DNA from: Alphaproteobacteria bacterium
GTDB lineage: Bacteria; Pseudomonadota; Alphaproteobacteria; SMXQ01
Assembly: GCA_036448135.1 (NCBI GenBank)
Contig: JAZFWG010000187.1
Span: forward strand, 1 to 37,966
Length of the DNA stretch: 37,966 nucleotides
Direction of reading: 5' to 3'
The notes below the pieces were generated by a model that was not told the origin of the DNA, ran no database searches, and was given only the letters and a program-made list of their open reading frames with translations. The position numbers and the translations under genes were made by a program. This document shows, one piece after another, positions 1 through 9,645 of this stretch; within the stretch, counting starts at the first letter, position 1, and each line of letters begins with the position of its first letter.

Positions 1-257
1 GCCGCAAGGCGTTGTTCGTGGACCGGCTGATGACGTCGGCCATCGAGGGCCTGGACCCGGACGAGAGCGAAATTCTCCTCAATCAGCTGTTCGACCACGC
101 CGAGCAGCCCGACCTCATTTACGAGCATGTCTGGCGACTGAAGGACTTCGTGATGTGGGACAACCGCTGCGTGACCCACGGGCGGAGCTATTTCGACAAG
201 GACGAAAACCGCCTTCTCAGACGCTGCACCATCGAAGGCGAGCCTCTCTTCGAATAA
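1..257 (+). CDS. TauD/TfdA-family Fe(II)/2-oxoglutarate dioxygenase, C-terminal fragment (5' part outside the window)
   Basis: The frame of ORF 12..257 stays open to the window edge. The C-terminal block VMWDNRCVTHGR matches the conserved WDNR..H.R region of TauD/TfdA dioxygenases. Stop TAA at 255-257. Confidence 0.6.
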   Translation, partial: RKALFVDRLMTSAIEGLDPDESEILLNQLFDHAEQPDLIYEHVWRLKDFVMWDNRCVTHGRSYFDKDENRLLRRCTIEGEPLFE

Positions 258-271
258 GCGACCTCAATCCC

Positions 272-1039
272 ATGATCGAGCATCCCTCGCCCAATCACGG
301 CCCCCGCTCCCTGGGCGCGAGAGTGGATATGGTGGTGATCCATTACACCGGCATGGAGACGGCCGAGGCCGCGCTCGCGCGCATGTGCGACGCCCAAGCC
401 AAGGTCAGCGCCCACTATATGATTGGCGAGGACGGCACGGTGTGGCGCCTGGTCGCCGAGGCGGACCGGGCCTGGCACGCCGGGGAGAGCCGCTGGGCCG
501 GGCACCGCAACATCAACGATATCTCCATCGGCATCGAGCTGGTCAATCCGGGCCATGAATTCGGCTACCGCCCCTTCACGCCTGCCCAAATGGCGGCGCT
601 GATCGGCCTCGGCCGCGAGATCGTCGCGCGCCACCCGATCCCGCCCGCCCGCGTGCTCGGCCATTCGGACGTGGCGCCCCAGCGCAAACAGGATCCGGGG
701 GAATTGTTCGATTGGGCCGCCCTGGCCGAAGCCGGCCTCGGCCTCTGGCCGGTCGAAACCCATGGGCGCCTTTGGCCAGCCGACCCCCCCGGGGACAATG
801 CGAAAAGCGGCGGCAAGGCGGCGCCTGAGCCGGGCACCTCCGATCTCGCCATCGCGGCGGCCCAGCGTCATCTGGCCGAATTCGGCTATGATGTCGCGGT
901 CACCGGGACGCTTGACGCCGCCGGCCAGAAGGTGGTCTCGGCCTTCCAGCGCCATTTTCGCCCCGGCCGGATCGACGGTGCCATCGATACTGAGACCGCT
1001 TGGCGTATCGAGGCGCTATGCCGCCTGGCCCGGGGATAA
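272..1039 (+). CDS. N-acetylmuramoyl-L-alanine amidase (AmpD/Amidase_2 type) with C-terminal peptidoglycan-binding-like domain, 255 aa
   Basis: Internal ATG at 272 of ORF 155..1039, 15 nt after the upstream stop. Motifs VVIHYTG, AHYMIGEDG, AWHAGES, NDISIGIEL and GHSDVAPQRKQDPGELF are typical of AmpD-like zinc amidases. The C-terminal GYDVAVTGTLD...FQRHF resembles PG_binding_1. Confidence 0.85.
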   Translation: MIEHPSPNHGPRSLGARVDMVVIHYTGMETAEAALARMCDAQAKVSAHYMIGEDGTVWRLVAEADRAWHAGESRWAGHRNINDISIGIELVNPGHEFGYRPFTPAQMAALIGLGREIVARHPIPPARVLGHSDVAPQRKQDPGELFDWAALAEAGLGLWPVETHGRLWPADPPGDNAKSGGKAAPEPGTSDLAIAAAQRHLAEFGYDVAVTGTLDAAGQKVVSAFQRHFRPGRIDGAIDTETAWRIEALCRLARG

Positions 1040-1087
1040 AGCGATAAAGCGGGCGCTTGACGCCCCCCACCTGGCCCCTTACCTATC

Positions 1088-1503
<416 letters not shown>

Positions 1504-1723
1504 TTATCCATAGCTGATGACGCGGCCCTTCGCCGATCGCCGAGAGTCTTTTACTTGGGACCGCCAAACCCCGGCCCAGTGGGCGATTCCGAGGGCCGCC
1601 CAACTAAGAACATAAATAGAACATAATTTGGCCGCAATTTTTGCCGATGTTTTCCTGGATCGTCAAATCGACGATTGATTTGATGCGATTTCTACATGCC
1701 CCCGCCAAATGGGAGGGGTGGAT

Positions 1724-1738
1724 TTAATCTGTGATTAA
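1724..1738. promoter_or_regulatory. Candidate CtrA box (TTAA-N7-TTAA)
   Basis: Perfect TTAATCTGTGATTAA: TTAA at 1724-1727, a 7-nt spacer, and TTAA at 1735-1738. It lies in the AT-rich region about 150 bp upstream of the mraZ start and just upstream of the -35-like hexamers. Confidence 0.3.
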
Positions 1739-1757
1739 CTTGTTTTGACTATGAAAC

Positions 1758-1802
1758 CCCATTGACGCCCATAAATACCCATGCTATCCCATGTTGTCCC
1801 AA
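1758..1802 (-). promoter_or_regulatory. Candidate MraZ operator: five direct CCCAW repeats (WTGGG on the minus strand) with exact 10-bp phasing
   Basis: CCCAT at 1758, 1768, 1778 and 1788, and CCCAA at 1798, each followed by a 5-nt spacer. The array overlaps -35-like hexamers TTGACT (1745-1750) and TTGACG (1762-1767) and ends 87 bp upstream of the mraZ GTG. It resembles the TGGGN direct repeats with 5-nt spacers described for E. coli MraZ. Confidence 0.5.
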
Positions 1803-1888
1803 ATAAGGGGCGGTCGCGTTGCCTGTTTTCAGGGAGAAATCCCACCGGGTAACAGGGAGGCCATAGCGGGCGTGATTGGAGGTTCGAG

Positions 1889-2347
1889 GTGGCATTGTTT
1901 CTGTCCACCTTCGTCAACAAGGTCGATCGTAAAGGCCGGGTTTCCGTGCCGGCGCCGTTTCGCGCCCAGTTGGTGGGCCAGACCTTCAACGGAATCGTCG
2001 CCTTTCGATCCTATCGCCAACCGGCCATCGAGGCCTGCGGGATCGACCGCATGACCAATCTCAGCGAAAGCCTCGACGAACTGGACCAGTTTTCCGAAGC
2101 CCAGGACGACTTGGCGTCAACCATCTTCGCCGATGCCCATCAGCTACAATTCGACAGCGAGGGCCGGGTGATGCTGCCCCAGCTGTTGGTGGAGCACGCC
2201 AACGTCACCGATGCCGCCGCCTTCATCGGCCGCGGCGCCACCTTCCAGATCTGGGAGCCCGAAGCGTTCCGGGCCCACCAGGAAACCGCGCGCAACCGCA
2301 CCCGTGACCAGGGCGCGACGCTGCGCCTCAAGCCCCGTGAGCGCTGA
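1889..2347 (+). CDS. mraZ: Transcriptional regulator MraZ, 152 aa
   Basis: GTG start preceded by GGAGG (1878-1882). Two MraZ/AbrB-type repeats carry DRKGRVSVPAPFR and DSEGRVMLPQLL. It is the first gene of the dcw cluster. Confidence 0.95.
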   Translation: MALFLSTFVNKVDRKGRVSVPAPFRAQLVGQTFNGIVAFRSYRQPAIEACGIDRMTNLSESLDELDQFSEAQDDLASTIFADAHQLQFDSEGRVMLPQLLVEHANVTDAAAFIGRGATFQIWEPEAFRAHQETARNRTRDQGATLRLKPRER

Positions 2348-2349
2348 CC

Positions 2350-3417
2350 ATGTCCCCCGCGACACAACACCTCGCCACACACCCCATCCGCCACACGCCG
2401 GTGATGCTCGGCGAGGTGATGGCGGCGCTGGCGCCACGGGACGGCGAGGTCTTTATCGACGGCACCTTCGGCGCCGGCGGCTACAGCCGCGCTCTGCTGG
2501 AAGCCGCCGACTGCACGGTGTGGGCCATCGACCGGGACCCCGAGGCGGTGTCCCGGGGCCGGGAACTGGCCGCCCGCTCCGGCGGCCGTCTCACCGTGGT
2601 TGCCGGGCGCTACGGAGACATGCTCGAGCTGTTGCGCCAACATGGTGTGATTTCCGTCGACGGCATCGCGCTCGATATCGGCGTGTCATCGACCCAGCTC
2701 GATGATGCCGGGCGCGGATTTTCCTTCAGCGCCGACGGGCCCTTGGACATGCGCATGGGTGCAGGCGATGCGATCAGTGGGCCCAGCGCCTATGACGCCG
2801 TCAACACCCTCAGTGAGGCCGACCTCGCCGACACCATTTACAGATATGGCGACGAGCGCAAGTCGCGCCGCATCGCCAAAGCCATCATCAGGGCCCGGAC
2901 CCGGGCGCCGATCGAACGCACCCTTGAGCTTGCCGACATCGTGCGGGGCGCCGCGCGCGGGACCGGTGCAACCGGCCGCCGTGGCATCGATCCGGCGACC
3001 CGGACCTTTCAAGCCCTTCGCATTTACGTCAACGATGAATTGGGAGAGCTCGACCGCGCGCTGCGTGCCGCCGAACACATACTCAGGCCCGGCGGCCGGC
3101 TTGCGGTGGTGGCCTTCCATTCCCTTGAGGACCGCAGGGTCAAGTCATTTCTTAAGACTCGATGCGGGCCCTCGGCGCGGCCCTCGCGCCATCTACCGTC
3201 CCTTTCCTCCCGGGGGACATCGCGAGGTGCCGCGCCACCCTTTCGTCTGCTCAACCGCCGGGTGATCAAACCCAGCGCAACGGAAGTGAAGCACAACCCG
3301 CGGTCGCGTTCGGCGCGGATGCGGGCCGCGGTCAGGACCGAAGCGCCGCCCATGGCGGTGGACCAAGCAACGGATAGCCGGCCATCGCCAACCGCACATG
3401 ACGGGGACAATCCATGA
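2350..3417 (+). CDS. rsmH: 16S rRNA (cytosine1402-N4)-methyltransferase RsmH (MraW), 355 aa
   Basis: HTPVMLGEV, DGTFGAGGYS (SAM site), DIGVSSTQLD, FHSLEDRRVK and NPRSRSARMRAA. The ATG lies 3 nt after the mraZ stop. Confidence 0.95.
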   Translation: MSPATQHLATHPIRHTPVMLGEVMAALAPRDGEVFIDGTFGAGGYSRALLEAADCTVWAIDRDPEAVSRGRELAARSGGRLTVVAGRYGDMLELLRQHGVISVDGIALDIGVSSTQLDDAGRGFSFSADGPLDMRMGAGDAISGPSAYDAVNTLSEADLADTIYRYGDERKSRRIAKAIIRARTRAPIERTLELADIVRGAARGTGATGRRGIDPATRTFQALRIYVNDELGELDRALRAAEHILRPGGRLAVVAFHSLEDRRVKSFLKTRCGPSARPSRHLPSLSSRGTSRGAAPPFRLLNRRVIKPSATEVKHNPRSRSARMRAAVRTEAPPMAVDQATDSRPSPTAHDGDNP

Positions 3418-3875
3418 GGTGGCGGTCCACCTGTCTATGGCTCGCCTTGGCCGCCATGGTCGGCTTCGGCTTGTTCCACGTCAAATACGAAGTCCAGCGC
3501 CTGGAATCGGAACTCCATCAACTCAACAGTGAAATCCTCAAGGAACAGCGTCAGGTCCATGTGCTCAAGGCCGAATGGGCGTACCTAAACCGGCCGTCGC
3601 GGTTATCCGCATTGGCGCACAGCCATCTTGATCTGGTGCCGATGGACGCCGGCCATACCGGTTCCATCAAAGACTTGCCGATGCGCAAACCCACCACATC
3701 ACCGCCGCCCGCGCCTCACCGGCGCCACATCGCCCGGGCCACCGCCTTGCCCTTGATCCGGACCGTCGGCGAACTCCCCTTGGCCACCAAGCCTCTGTCG
3801 CCGGCCTGGACCTCGCGGCTACCACTTTCCGGCGCCAACCCCAACACCATCACACCGCCCGGAGCGCCGCAATGA
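3414..3875 (+). CDS. ftsL: Cell division protein FtsL (alphaproteobacterial type), 153 aa
   Basis: ATGA overlap with rsmH. It has one N-terminal transmembrane helix (CLWLALAAMVGFGLF), then a coiled-coil segment (VQRLESELHQLNSEILKEQRQVHVLKAEWAYLNRPSRL) and a Pro-rich tail. It occupies the canonical position between rsmH and ftsI. Confidence 0.8.
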   Translation: MRWRSTCLWLALAAMVGFGLFHVKYEVQRLESELHQLNSEILKEQRQVHVLKAEWAYLNRPSRLSALAHSHLDLVPMDAGHTGSIKDLPMRKPTTSPPPAPHRRHIARATALPLIRTVGELPLATKPLSPAWTSRLPLSGANPNTITPPGAPQ

Positions 3876-5614
3876 ATCGAGGCCAGGGAGGTGCGGCCGC
3901 CAAGGCCGCAAACGGCCGGCGCCGGCAAGGCAAAACCAACGGGCTCGACACGATCCGCACACAAGCCATCGACGCGGGGCGGACGCGTCTCTTGGTAACC
4001 GGCGCCATGTTCGGCCTGGTGTTCCTGGTGATCGGCGCCCGGCTCGCCGATGTGACGGTGATCAAGCAAGGCAACGAGCCCCGTCTGGTCCAGGCCAAGC
4101 CCAGTGCCTCCTGGCAGACCGGGCGCGCCGATATCGTCGACCGCAATGGTGTCCTGCTCGCCACGTCGCTGGAAACCTCGTCACTTTACGCCAACCCGCG
4201 CCACGTGCTTGACCGCCGCGAAGCGGCCACCAAACTCGCCAAAGCCTTGCCGGAACTGAGCGCCGCCGAAATCTTCCGCAACCTCGCATCGGACCGCAGT
4301 TTCGTGTGGCTGCGCCGCCATCTCACGCCGCGACAGAAATATGCCGTCAATCGCCTCGGCATCCCCGGCTTGTACTTCCAGCGCGAGGAACGCCGGGTCT
4401 ACCCCTTGGGTCATCTGGTCCCCCACCTCTTAGGGTTTACCGATACCGACAACAAGGGCATCGCCGGCATCGAGGAATCCTTCGATGAGGTGTTGCGGGC
4501 GACGCCCGAGCCCCTGGCGCTCGCCATCGACATCCGCGCCCAGCACATTCTGCGCCGCGAATTGCGGGCGGCGGTGTCGCGGTTCCGGGCCATCGGCGGC
4601 GGCGCCGTGGTGATGAATGCACGTACCGGCGAAATCCTCGCCATGGTGTCCCTGCCCGATTTCGATCCCAACAAGCCGGCCAGCCAGCCGCCGACCGCCA
4701 CCTTCAACCGCGCCACTCTCGGGGTTTACGAAATGGGGTCGACGGTAAAGATCCTGACCGTCGCCATGGCGCTCGATTCGGGAGCCGTGACCCTCAAGGG
4801 CGGCTTCGATGCCTCGAAGCCGATCCGCACCAACCGCTTCCTCATCACCGATTACAAACCCAAGGGGCGGTGGCTGTCGGTGCCAGAAATCTTCATGTAT
4901 TCGTCCAACATCGGCGCCGCCAAGATGGCGCTCGCCATCGGCACCAACGGCCAGAAGCGTTATCTCGGGAATTTCGGGCTGTTGCGCCAGCCCAGCATCG
5001 AGCTTCCCGAAGTCGGCTCCCCCATCGTTCCGTCCCCATGGCGCGAGATCAACACCATGACCATCGGCTTCGGCCACGGCTTGGCCGTCAGCCCGGTGCA
5101 GCTCACGGCTGCCGTCGCCGCCGTCGTCAATGGCGGCATTCTGTGGCCGGCGACCGTGATCCGGCGCCTGGCGGGCCACAAGGTGAGTGGCAGGCGCGTG
5201 ATCTCGGCCCGCACCTCGGAACAGATGCGCCGGCTGATGCGCCTGGTGGTGGCGCGCGGCACCGGCAGGAAGGCGGCGGCAGTGGGATATCTGGTCGGCG
5301 GCAAGACCGGGACCGCGGAGAAATCGGGCGGCCGCGGCTATCGCCGCAAGGCGTTGCTGTCGTCCTTCATCGCCGCCTTCCCCATGACCGCGCCACGTTA
5401 TGTGGTGTTGGCCCTGTTGGACGAACCCCGCGGCAGGCGCGACACCCTGGGCTACGCCACCGGCGGTTGGGTCGCCGCCCCCGTGGTTGGCCGCGTCATC
5501 GCGCGGCTGGGCCCGCTGTTCGGCGTCCCGCCCGTGGATGAAAGCTCGCCACGTATAAAGCGGCGCATGTCCATCAAATTCAATTCGCGGAGGCGCAAAC
5601 TTGCGTCTTTCTGA
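3872..5614 (+). CDS. ftsI: Peptidoglycan D,D-transpeptidase FtsI (PBP3), 580 aa
   Basis: ATGA overlap with ftsL. N-terminal transmembrane anchor. Penicillin-binding motifs STVK (GSTVKIL), SSN (YSSNIG) and KTG (GGKTGTAEK). Confidence 0.93.
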   Translation: MNRGQGGAAAKAANGRRRQGKTNGLDTIRTQAIDAGRTRLLVTGAMFGLVFLVIGARLADVTVIKQGNEPRLVQAKPSASWQTGRADIVDRNGVLLATSLETSSLYANPRHVLDRREAATKLAKALPELSAAEIFRNLASDRSFVWLRRHLTPRQKYAVNRLGIPGLYFQREERRVYPLGHLVPHLLGFTDTDNKGIAGIEESFDEVLRATPEPLALAIDIRAQHILRRELRAAVSRFRAIGGGAVVMNARTGEILAMVSLPDFDPNKPASQPPTATFNRATLGVYEMGSTVKILTVAMALDSGAVTLKGGFDASKPIRTNRFLITDYKPKGRWLSVPEIFMYSSNIGAAKMALAIGTNGQKRYLGNFGLLRQPSIELPEVGSPIVPSPWREINTMTIGFGHGLAVSPVQLTAAVAAVVNGGILWPATVIRRLAGHKVSGRRVISARTSEQMRRLMRLVVARGTGRKAAAVGYLVGGKTGTAEKSGGRGYRRKALLSSFIAAFPMTAPRYVVLALLDEPRGRRDTLGYATGGWVAAPVVGRVIARLGPLFGVPPVDESSPRIKRRMSIKFNSRRRKLASF

Positions 5615-7091
5615 ACTGCTCAATGACGAGGCTGCACAGTTGAACATCGAGGGCGCAACAAGGGACGTAGACATTCTCGGTCTGGCCTCGGACTCCCGCG
5701 CGGTGCGGCCCGGTGATCTTTTCGCGGCACTCCCCGGCGGCCGTGCGGACGGCCGCGACTTCATCGCCGACGCCTTACAAAGCGGCGCCCATGCCATCCT
5801 GGCGCCGCCCGGCACCCCCCTGCCCGCCGATGCCGGTCCAGTTCCGGTCATCAACGATGACAACCCGCGCCGCCGTCTCGCCTTGATGGCGGCGCGGTTC
5901 TACGGCCTCCAGCCCGAAACCATCGCCGCCGTGACCGGAACCAACGGCAAGACATCGGTGGTGAGCTTCGCCGAGCAGATCTGGACCCGTCTCGGCCATC
6001 GCGCCGCCGCCCTCGGCACCCTGGGATTGACCACCTCTGGCGCCGGCCTCGACGGCATCACCCGAGCCGGATCGCTGACCACGCCGGATCCGGTGGCGCT
6101 GCACCGGCACCTGGCCGATCTCAAACACCTAGGTGTCGACCATCTGGCGCTGGAGGCATCCAGTCACGGCCTCGATCAGTTCCGGCTCGACGGCGTTGTC
6201 TTCCAGGCCGCCGCCTTCACCAATCTCAGCCGCGACCATCTCGATTACCACGGCACCTATGAGGCTTATTTCGCCGCCAAAACCCGGCTGTTCGATACCC
6301 TGCTTGCCGCCGGCGGCAGCGCCGTTCTCAACGCCGACGCGCCCGAGTTCGCGGCGCTCAGCGAAATCGCCAAGCGCCGCGACCTCCGCATCCTGAGCTT
6401 TGGGACAACCGGTGCCGATATCGCCGTGACCGAGATCGAGCCCTTGGCCGAAGGGCAAAGCGTGACCATCCGGATGGGCGGCGCCAGCCATGACATCACC
6501 CTCGGCCTGGTCGGCGGCTTCCAGGCCATGAATGCCGCCTGCGCCCTGGCCCTCGTGATGGCGTGCGGAGGCGATTTTGAACCCGCCGTCGGTGCCCTCG
6601 AACATTTGCGGGGCGTGCCCGGGCGTGTTGAGTTCACCGGCCGTCACCGCTCCGGCGCCACCGTCTATGTGGATTATGCCCACACCCCCGACGCCCTGGC
6701 CCATGTCCTGGGCGCGCTCCGCCCCCATGTCCGGGGGCGTCTGGTGGTCGTGTTCGGCTGTGGCGGCGACCGCGATGCCGGCAAGCGCCCGGAAATGGGT
6801 GCGATCGCGGCGCGGCTGGCGGATTGGGCCATCGTCACCGACGACAACCCGAGGACCGAGGACGCGGCCACGATCCGCCGTCAAATCCTCAAAGCGGCGC
6901 CCGAGGCGCTGGAGATCGGCGACCGCGCCCAGGCCATTGTTGAGGCCATCGCCGGGCTCAAGGCGGGCGACATCTTAGTGGTGGCCGGCAAAGGCCACGA
7001 ACAAGGCCAGATCGTCGGCACCGAGACCCTGGCCTTCGACGACCGTGACCAGGTTCGCGCCGCGCTCGAAGACACAGGAGATACGGGCTGA
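5601..7091 (+). CDS. murE: UDP-N-acetylmuramoyl-L-alanyl-D-glutamate--2,6-diaminopimelate ligase MurE, 496 aa
   Basis: TTG start with GGAGG at 5589-5593, overlapping the ftsI end by 14 nt. P-loop GTNGKTS. The DNPR motif (TDDNPRTED) is typical of meso-DAP-adding MurE. Confidence 0.95.
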   Translation: MRLSELLNDEAAQLNIEGATRDVDILGLASDSRAVRPGDLFAALPGGRADGRDFIADALQSGAHAILAPPGTPLPADAGPVPVINDDNPRRRLALMAARFYGLQPETIAAVTGTNGKTSVVSFAEQIWTRLGHRAAALGTLGLTTSGAGLDGITRAGSLTTPDPVALHRHLADLKHLGVDHLALEASSHGLDQFRLDGVVFQAAAFTNLSRDHLDYHGTYEAYFAAKTRLFDTLLAAGGSAVLNADAPEFAALSEIAKRRDLRILSFGTTGADIAVTEIEPLAEGQSVTIRMGGASHDITLGLVGGFQAMNAACALALVMACGGDFEPAVGALEHLRGVPGRVEFTGRHRSGATVYVDYAHTPDALAHVLGALRPHVRGRLVVVFGCGGDRDAGKRPEMGAIAARLADWAIVTDDNPRTEDAATIRRQILKAAPEALEIGDRAQAIVEAIAGLKAGDILVVAGKGHEQGQIVGTETLAFDDRDQVRAALEDTGDTG

Positions 7092-8533
7092 TGGCGGCGG
7101 TGGCAAAAATCGTCGAGCACCAATTGTGGACCGCGGCCGAAGCCGACGCCGCCACCGAGGGTTACAGCACCCAGCCGTGGCGGGCCAGTGGCGTGTCCAT
7201 CGACAGCCGCACCATCGCCCCCGGTGATCTGTTCATCGCCATCGAAGGCCCGAAATTCGACGGCCATGAGTTCGTCACCGAGGCCCTGGACCGCGGCGCC
7301 GCCGTCGCCATGGTCAGCCGTATTCCCCCCAATCTGGTCGCCGACGCTGCGTTGCTCATCGTCGGCAACACCTTTACCGGCCTCAACAATCTCGCCCGCA
7401 CCGCCCGGCGCCGCGCCCAAGCCCATGTCTTCGCCATCACCGGAAGCGTCGGCAAGACCGGCACCAAGGATATGCTGAAACTGGCCCTCGGCCACCAGGG
7501 ATTGACCACCGCTTCCGCCGCCAGCCTCAACAACCAATGGGGCGTGCCGCTGTCGCTCTGCCGCATGCCCGCCGATGCCGCATTCGGAATTTTCGAGATC
7601 GGCATGAACCATGCCGGCGAGATCACGCCCCTCAGCAAACTGGTGCGGCCCATCAGCGCCATCGTCACCACGGTGACCGGAACCCACATGGCGCATTTCG
7701 CATCGGTCGACGGCATCGCCGCCGCCAAGGCGGAAATCTTCACCGGCATGGATGGCGGCAATGCCATCCTCAACCGCGACAACCGTTTCTTCCCAATGTT
7801 GTCGGCGGCGGCGCGGGACGCCGGCGTCGCCAGGATCATCAGCTTCGGTGCCGATGATGATGCCGACGTCCGCCTCATCGACTGCACCGCCGCGGATGGC
7901 GCGAGCCTCGTTACCGCCGAAATCGACGGCCATGGCCTGGATTACCGGCTGGGTGCATTGGGCCGCCATTGGGCCCTCAACAGCCTCGCGGTTCTCGCCG
8001 CCGTTGCCGCCGCCGGCGCCGATATCGACGCCGCGGCGGCGGCATTGGCATCGATGACAACGCCAAAGGGGCGCGGCGCCGAACATCAAGTCCCCCTCAA
8101 TGGTGGCAGCTTCACCTTGTTCGACGATAGCTACAACGCCAGCCCCGCCTCGATGGAGGCGGCGTTCGCGCTGTTGGCGACGGCGACCCCCGGCGAAGGC
8201 GGCCGGCGCATCGCCATCCTCGGTGACATGCTCGAGCTCGGCGCCGATTCAAAACAATTGCATGCGGCGCTGGCCGAAGGTCTGGTCGCCGCCGGCATCG
8301 ATCTGGTGTGCACCGCCGGCGACCACATGATCAACCTCGACGACGCTCTGCCGCGGCGCATGCGGGGCGGACATGGCTGTTCGGTGGACCGTCTATTGGC
8401 CCTGGTGCGCAACCTGATCGGGCCGGGCGACGTGGTCCTGGTCAAGGGCTCCCAGGGCAGCCGCATGGGCCTTATCGTCGATGACTTGCTCAGCGCTGCC
8501 GATGCGCCCAAGCCCGCCGTCAACGATATTTGA
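7091..8533 (+). CDS. murF: UDP-N-acetylmuramoyl-tripeptide--D-alanyl-D-alanine ligase MurF, 480 aa
   Basis: TGATG overlap with murE. P-loop GSVGKTGTKDM, Mur-ligase middle and C-terminal blocks (DSYNASP, GDMLELG). Confidence 0.95.
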   Translation: MAAVAKIVEHQLWTAAEADAATEGYSTQPWRASGVSIDSRTIAPGDLFIAIEGPKFDGHEFVTEALDRGAAVAMVSRIPPNLVADAALLIVGNTFTGLNNLARTARRRAQAHVFAITGSVGKTGTKDMLKLALGHQGLTTASAASLNNQWGVPLSLCRMPADAAFGIFEIGMNHAGEITPLSKLVRPISAIVTTVTGTHMAHFASVDGIAAAKAEIFTGMDGGNAILNRDNRFFPMLSAAARDAGVARIISFGADDDADVRLIDCTAADGASLVTAEIDGHGLDYRLGALGRHWALNSLAVLAAVAAAGADIDAAAAALASMTTPKGRGAEHQVPLNGGSFTLFDDSYNASPASMEAAFALLATATPGEGGRRIAILGDMLELGADSKQLHAALAEGLVAAGIDLVCTAGDHMINLDDALPRRMRGGHGCSVDRLLALVRNLIGPGDVVLVKGSQGSRMGLIVDDLLSAADAPKPAVNDI

Positions 8534-8548
8534 GGAGGCTAGACCCAA

Positions 8549-9637
8549 GTGCTGTACCATTTACTCTATCCCCTGGCCGACCAGTTCCCGGTGTTCAATC
8601 TGTTCCGCTACATCTCGTTCCGCACCGGCGGCGCGGTGGTGACGGCGTTGGTGGTGAGTTTCATCATCGCGCCGCCGTTGATCGCCTGGCTCAAGCACAA
8701 ACAGGGTGACGGCCAGCCGATCCGCGATGACGGACCCGAGAGCCACCTGGAAACCAAGCAGGGCACGCCGACCATGGGTGGATTCATCATCCTCTTCGGC
8801 CTCGCCATCGGCACCCTGTTGTGGGCGGATTTGCGCAACGACTATGTCTGGGCGGTACTCACAGTGACCGTGGGATTCGGCGTCGTCGGCGTCATCGACG
8901 ACTATCTCAAGCTGGTCCGCCGCTCTCACCATGGCCTACCCACCAAGGTCAAGCTGTTGGCCGAAATCGTCATTGCCTCGTTCGCCGCCTTCTGGATCAT
9001 GCAGATCACCCGCGATCCCTTGTCGACCAGCCTGGCGGTGCCGTTCCTCAAGAACATCCTGATCGATTTCGGCTGGTGGTTCCTGCCATTCGCGGTGTTG
9101 GTCATGGTCGGCTCGTCCAACGCCGTCAACCTGACCGATGGTCTCGATGGTCTCGCCATCGTTCCGGTGATGATCGCCACTGGCTGTTTCGCGCTGATTT
9201 CCTATCTCGTCGGCCACGCGGTGTTCTCCAATTACCTGCAGATCCACACCGTCCCCGGGGCCGGGGAACTGGCGGTGTTCTGCGGCGCGCTGGTCGGCGC
9301 CGGCCTTGGGTTTTTGTGGTACAACGCGCCCCCGGCCATGGTGTTCATGGGCGACACCGGCTCGCTGTCGGTCGGCGCCGCGCTGGGCGCCATCAGCGTG
9401 ATCACCAAACACGAACTGGTGCTGGTGATCATCGGCGGCCTGTTCGTCTTAGAGACCGTCTCCGTCATCGTCCAGGTCATTTCCTTCAAGCTCACCGGCC
9501 GGCGCGTGTTCCGCATGGCGCCGCTGCATCACCATTTCGAGAAAAAAGGGTGGGCCGAGGCCACCATCGTCATCCGCTTCTGGATCATCGCTTCGATCCT
9601 GGCGCTGGCCGGGCTCGCGACCCTCAAGCTGAGGTGA
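8549..9637 (+). CDS. mraY: Phospho-N-acetylmuramoyl-pentapeptide transferase MraY, 362 aa
   Basis: GTG start. Polytopic membrane protein with [27 protein letters not shown] and APLHHHFE motifs. Confidence 0.96.
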   Translation: MLYHLLYPLADQFPVFNLFRYISFRTGGAVVTALVVSFIIAPPLIAWLKHKQGDGQPIRDDGPESHLETKQGTPTMGGFIILFGLAIGTLLWADLRNDYVWAVLTVTVGFGVVGVIDDYLKLVRRSHHGLPTKVKLLAEIVIASFAAFWIMQITRDPLSTSLAVPFLKNILIDFGWWFLPFAVLVMVGSSNAVNLTDGLDGLAIVPVMIATGCFALISYLVGHAVFSNYLQIHTVPGAGELAVFCGALVGAGLGFLWYNAPPAMVFMGDTGSLSVGAALGAISVITKHELVLVIIGGLFVLETVSVIVQVISFKLTGRRVFRMAPLHHHFEKKGWAEATIVIRFWIIASILALAGLATLKLR

Positions 9638-9645
9638 CGGGTGGC

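Noticed and set aside
1504-1512. TTATCCATA, a one-mismatch DnaA-box-like 9-mer immediately after rnpB.
   Set aside because: It is a single degenerate copy with no cluster of boxes and no other origin-like features. This is expected by chance in an AT-rich spacer.
4430-5863. Long minus-strand ORFs antisense to ftsI/murE. Similar ones occur at 6881..8089, 14874..15965, 15728..16777, 16516..17748, 17790..18809, 24365..25321 and 25857..27611. Plus-strand equivalents at 28620..29639 and 31852..33315 run antisense to pepP and uvrD.
   Set aside because: All lie opposite strongly supported genes, have Arg/Gly/Pro/Ala-rich low-complexity translations and lack start-site context. Stop-codon scarcity in GC-rich DNA explains them.
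8821-9645. 5' extensions of the tracked ORFs for murD (8821..), murG (10997..), the murG paralog (12916..), ddl (16369..), the amidase (155..), uvrD (..34071) and the ClC C-terminal half (..36848).
   Set aside because: The extended parts overlap the preceding gene in another frame and translate to Arg/Pro-rich nonsense. Conserved N-termini and start/stop overlaps identify the internal starts used in the feature table.
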